Assembly: GCA_043228905.1 (NCBI GenBank)
Contig: JBHGNT010000001.1
Location: 6,448,001-6,512,000, forward strand
Length of the DNA stretch: 64,000 nt
Source: Azolla caroliniana
Lineage: Eukaryota > Plantae > Polypodiophyta
Direction: 5' to 3'
Shown here: positions 59,016 through 64,000 of the stretch, one piece after another
How the letters are laid out: each line of letters starts with the position of its first letter
Position numbering within the stretch: the stretch's first letter is position 1
Program-made: the position numbers and the translations under genes
Notes under the pieces: generated by a model
What the model was told of the DNA's origin: nothing
Database searches by the model: none
What the model saw: only the letters and a program-made list of their open reading frames with translations

Positions 59016-60841
59016 TGTGTCTATGCTTCCTCTCTATCTCTTCCTTATTAATCACACTCACTCAACTGTCTCCTTCTCTACCCCTCTTTCTCTCTCTCTC
59101 TTACTTTGCTTTGTTACAAGAGACCAATTTTCACTCTTTAATTTGATCTAGGACGCTCCCTCTCTCCTTCTCTTGTTCATTATAAACGTTTTAAAGAGAA
59201 AGTAAAGCATATTACGTTGCATTATTAACACGCACACACACTCACACACACATGATCTCCCATCCCTTTCCAACATGTCTAGGAAGTTGTCCTCTTGATT
59301 TGATTCCACATTATATCATAATAATGACTATCATCCTCAAATATTCAAACTTAAATACCATTCCTTACCATTCTCTTGGAAGCCTATGCGCACGCACACA
59401 CACACAAGTCATCCTAGTCCATTCATTTATCATTCCTACTAGTCCCATTCAAATTATTCCAAACCTTCTTTCTTATAGACTATAGTCCAATCCCATTATC
59501 ATTCCTAACATTCTCTCTTTTTACGGCATTCTAGTATAAGCTGTATTTGTATGCGTCATGTCAACCAAGTGTATAGGAGCACACCTAGCCATAGAATGTC
59601 CCCTCACACCCCCCAAAAGCAAGATGCCCACCTTTCAATAGTTATTGATGACTATATTCTAACTTTAGGTAGAACTTTCGTTCTCCCTTTAGGAAACTAT
59701 GTAGCAAAGATATAGATAGATAGATTTTATTATCATTCAAAATGCCATCACTTGAGAGATTCAAATTCAAACCTTTATATACTTACTAGGCACACATCAT
59801 GGTAGCGTTTACAAGAGCAATGGCAGAACTACCACCTAACACAATGTAAACATCATATGAAATGGCCAAAGCAATTCATAATCAAAGCTACAAGCATTCA
59901 CATGATGCAAAACATTGAGGTTAGAGAAATTAGTAGCCTAAAGTTGAACACATACATGTTCACATGGTACAAATGTCATATAAAAAAGCCAAAGAAAATA
60001 GTAATAAGAAGAATGGATATTGAAACTAGTGAATAGTATCCCATTACAATGGAGGCGGTGGTGGAGTCATAAGTATTTGCCTAACATGAATTGATATCCA
60101 TTGACACATTGACGAGGATTTCATCATGGTAGTGATTTATGTCACCGTGTATTGGTTCAAACTAGTGGATTACATCTCTTTTAATAGAGGAACTCTAACA
60201 TCGATATTATATAAACTCAAATCCCAAGTAGACACATTGAAAAAAATTGGTATTGATGCACAACAAAGGAATGAGTCGTGAATTAGAAGATGTTACTAGA
60301 TGAAATGCACACGTTGAAAAATAATGCACAAGTCAAACCATTGAAATTATAATACAATGCATACTCTTGGTAGCTTCTACACCTTCTAGATATACCTCTA
60401 CTCACTAATTTTCCATGTCATGAACCCTTGGTTGTGTTCATATATGGGGGAACTATATATGAAACAGATTTTAGAATTATGCTAAAGTACTTTTGGTGTC
60501 TAGAATTTTTTCGGTTTGTTATATGGACTTTGCATAAGTCTAGAATGTTAGTTGATGTCCTTACATGGTTTGTGTTAAAGAGGCATATAATTTGTCTGGG
60601 ACCATAAATTACAATGGTACACTATTTCCACAACATATAAGACTAATTTATGGTGGGCATAGATTATAATTGTCATAGAAAAAAGTTGTGCTTTCATATA
60701 TTGTCAATACAATTGGGATGAGATTTAAGTTTGGATTGGGAAAGGCTAGAGGGTACCCTTGGATTTTCTTTATTCGTCAAGATTTCCCTAAGTTTCCATT
60801 ATTTCAAATACCCTTGGTCAACCCCCATTTATACTCAACGT

Positions 60842-61105
60842 GTGAGGTTCATGAATAGAATTATTTTCTTGTGATGCATATTTTAAGCTTACATTGTTGT
60901 GTAGATTTGCAACTAATGCTTGACGTTCATGAAGATATGAACCCCTATATCAAAGTTGAGCTTCAACTTCTAGTTATACTCATCTTATGTGGTTCATGAA
61001 TATAGTTAATTTCGGTGATGAATATTTTACATTGTTGTATAGCTTTGCAACTAATGTGTGAACTGCATGAAGATATGAACCCCTATATCAAGCTTGTGCT
61101 TCAAA
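60842..61105. repeat. Diverged direct repeat (~147-bp spacing)
   Basis: 'ggttcatgaata...gtgatg.atatttt...acattgttgt.tag.tttgcaactaatg...catgaagatatgaacccctatatcaa..ttg.gcttcaa' occurs twice. Confidence 0.85.
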
Positions 61106-62172
61106 TACTAAAGAAGCCCAATAGGTGTGTGATAGAGAGTCCATCTCTACTCTCATTCATGAATCATAAATTTTTTTAGACCAGAACATCTTTGATCCTA
61201 ATCCTTGGCCCTTCAAAATGTAATGATGTATACATGATGTACAAATATTGATGTGTGCTACGTTGAATGACCCCATGCTAGTAGGAATATTAATACAAAT
61301 CTTATAAGTTCACAATTGTGAGTTTTCTACTGGGTACATGTATTTAGTGTAATATATTGTTGTGCAAGTTTCTTTTATAGACTCATGGTGTTTGCTTTAT
61401 GCTAATCTTTCATTTGCACATACATTTATAGGACAAAGGTTAATCATGGTGTTATATATGTTAGTTTTCTCTTATACCTATCTATGTGCAACACAACCTT
61501 TGTTCCAAAAGTGGGGACCATGATTATCTGCAAGAGCCAAGAGCATATCAGTGCATCAATATCGTAGCACGGAATGTTTCAAGCCTTACCAACTTCTTGT
61601 CTTCTCAAGCACATGATAAATATAATACATTGTATAATAACACACATTGTCGGTTTCCATAAAGTAAAGGATAGCCATAGCACGTTGATTGTGATATTTA
61701 GTTCTCGGCCTCCAATAATTTTATCATGATACGAGGACATTAATTCTCCATACAAAAGAAGGGCTCCTTTGCATATATGAATTCTACATTTCAAATAGAG
61801 AATCATTTTGTCATGCTACAAACATCTTGTCTTTTAATATATTCCTTATATTCCCTTACAAATTTTCATATTATACATGTGGCCATTACCACAAAGCCTA
61901 TGCGATTTTAATAAAATCTCTTATGCTTTCTTCACATGGAAAAAGTAGTAAAAGGAGCTTAAAACTATGTTTAGAATTTAACATCACTAGTGAAAAATAT
62001 GGAAACTTGTGTGTTGAGGCAACCTAAACAAGCTTAAAAGCAAGAATTAACTTCAAATAATCTTACAAAAGGAAAGCATATGCTCAAATAGAGCTTGAGA
62101 GAACAGGGACAATAGTGATATATGGGATAGGGCCAAACCCATACAAAAAGAGAGAGAGATTTTATTATCATC

Positions 62173-62175
<3 letters not shown>

Positions 62176-62210
<35 letters not shown>
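62176..62210. repeat. (GA)n microsatellite
   Basis: Seen directly. Confidence 0.9.
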
Positions 62211-62213
<3 letters not shown>

Positions 62214-62260
62214 GTATATGTGTATGGAAACCATCATCTAGTAGAGAGCATTGTAATTCT

Positions 62261-63278
62261 TTGCAAAAAGAGTTGCTTGTGTCTTCTCGGTTATTATGTT
62301 GGCTAGGAAAGGAGAGATTGCGCTCTCAATTTAATCGTTTGTTTCGTTTGGGGGTCAAAAAGGTGGGAGATATAATTGAGGCTCCATCTCAAAGAATTTT
62401 GGAGTTTGTTGAAGCGCGACAATTATTATGCATTCCACCTAATTATGGGTTTATTTGGCAACTACAAAATATTGCATTGATGCAAGGTCACTTACCTCTG
62501 CTAACAGGAGAACAACCATGGCTTGATTGGTGTTTAAAAGGTCAAACATCATTGTTACAAGTGACTGCTAATCTTTTGTATCATTGCTCTATTGACTCTC
62601 TTGGATGGTTATCATCTAAGGTCGAAGAAGAATGGAGATTACACAAATCTGATCATGGGTGGTGGCAGATCTTACAACGTAGTTGGCATTCTAAATTGCC
62701 ACTTGTAGCAAAGGTCTTCATTTGGAGAGTTTTGGTTGGAGGATTGCCTTTGGGATTAGCTCTAAAGTGTCATGGATTATCAACTGGTAATTGTTTCTTT
62801 TGCACTGTTCAAATGGAAGATAGTACTCATCGATTTATACAATGTCCGATTTGGAGTTAAATTTCTCAAATTTGGCAATTTTTATCACGGTGTTATTTGA
62901 CACCTAGACAATGGGTGTTTGCACAATTTACACATGTTGACCCAAAATCAGAGAGGGAGATCATTTTTCTATTTCTGAGATATTGGGGATTGCATCATAA
63001 TTGGAATATGCGCAACGCTTTTGTATTCAACGGTAGACATAGAGTGAAAGCATATCTACGAAAGTTGAAGGAATACTAATGTGGCAATTTTCTTTATTGG
63101 AGCAAGTGGAAATTCTTTCTTCGGTGGAGTGTTCGTCTTGCCTATTGGCAATTCAACATGTTCCACTACCCATGCAATGTAGTTAGTGGGTGACCATACT
63201 CCATTGTCACACCTATCGTAAGTAGTGTTTTTTACACACATTTATTAATATAATTGTGTGTTTTCACCCAAAAAAAGA
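62261..63278 (+). mobile_element. 5'-truncated, disrupted L1-type LINE 3' end (zf-RVT domain)
   Basis: 'WHSKLPLVAKVFIWRVLVGGLPLG...CFFC..QMEDSTHRFIQCP.W' is the zf-RVT motif. After a frameshift comes 'YWGLHHNWNMRNAFVF' (W..W..RN..VF). A short A-tract lies at ~63270. Confidence 0.85.
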
Positions 63279-64000
63279 GAAAGAGAGTAGATTCCATTAC
63301 ATCGTTAATAATATCCTCATAATTAAGCCAATTGGCAATTCTCATGAATCTTTTATATAGTTAGTGTAAAGCCTTGTTTATTAAAGTGAGAGAAAAAGCA
63401 AAATTGTGGAGCTAGAGCTTTACCTCATTATAAAAGGTAGTGTTTGACTACCTTATGTGTATAAAAGACTATAATGGAATTGGTGTACGAGAATTGAGTT
63501 CTTGTTTATATTGTCTTGATGGAGTACCATAATAGTTACATAGGTTGAAAGATGTTCTAACAACTAAGCTCTTCAATATCTTGTTCTCAAAGGAATGCCT
63601 TTATGTCAACTACACTTCAATATCTCATAGCATTTACCTTGCCATAATTTCCTTATTGTTGTAAGGGCAACGTTGGTTTTTTGTATTGTCATGTTGCTTT
63701 AATACATATACTACTTGGGGAGGAGGGGGGAATTGAAATGAGGGCAAAGACATGAGGGATTTCATTAAAATTCTCAAAAGTCAAGTTTTGACTTATGAGG
63801 CTAAAGTGTAAGATTTTCAAGTGTGTGGAGTCAGAGAGTGCCTATCAATATTTAGAAAACTTACTAATGAATATTTGAATTATGAGTGCACATTGTAACT
63901 AAGAGAGAACTATATGTGGGGAAAGCAAACTCCAAAGTGGTTGAAGGTGTAACAATGCATTGTTGGTGCGTCCCTTGATTGGAGGCATATGACAAACAAG

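Overview
Eukaryotic nuclear DNA from a land plant, AT-rich with GT-AG introns. It is probably a fern, inferred from the long single-exon PLS-PPR gene and the divergence of conserved proteins; the species cannot be determined. Seven protein-coding genes are supported: a 5'-truncated PLS-class PPR with an E-type tail (+), a plant UBX-domain protein of PUX8/9/13 type (-), VAC14 (-), an uncharacterised plant membrane protein (+), a 2OG-Fe(II) dioxygenase (+), HDC1/Rxt3 (+) and FPF1 (-). Also present are two intact cytosolic tRNAs (Lys-UUU, Asp-GUC), a decayed Ty3/gypsy RT, a LINE 3' end, MITE-like foldbacks, two tRNA-derived SINE-like heads, a plastid 23S rRNA fragment and many local tandem duplications. 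I see no clear novel multi-gene system. The most interesting signals are: (1) introns of several genes built from degenerate tandem copies of their own splice junctions; (2) a triplicated 147-bp intronic unit carrying the 5' part of a mitochondrial-type tRNA-Pro; (3) an 8-nt HDC1 microexon flanked by MITEs; (4) a promoter minisatellite with higher-order periodicity. Exon boundaries were read by eye and family matches come from recalled motifs, not database searches.
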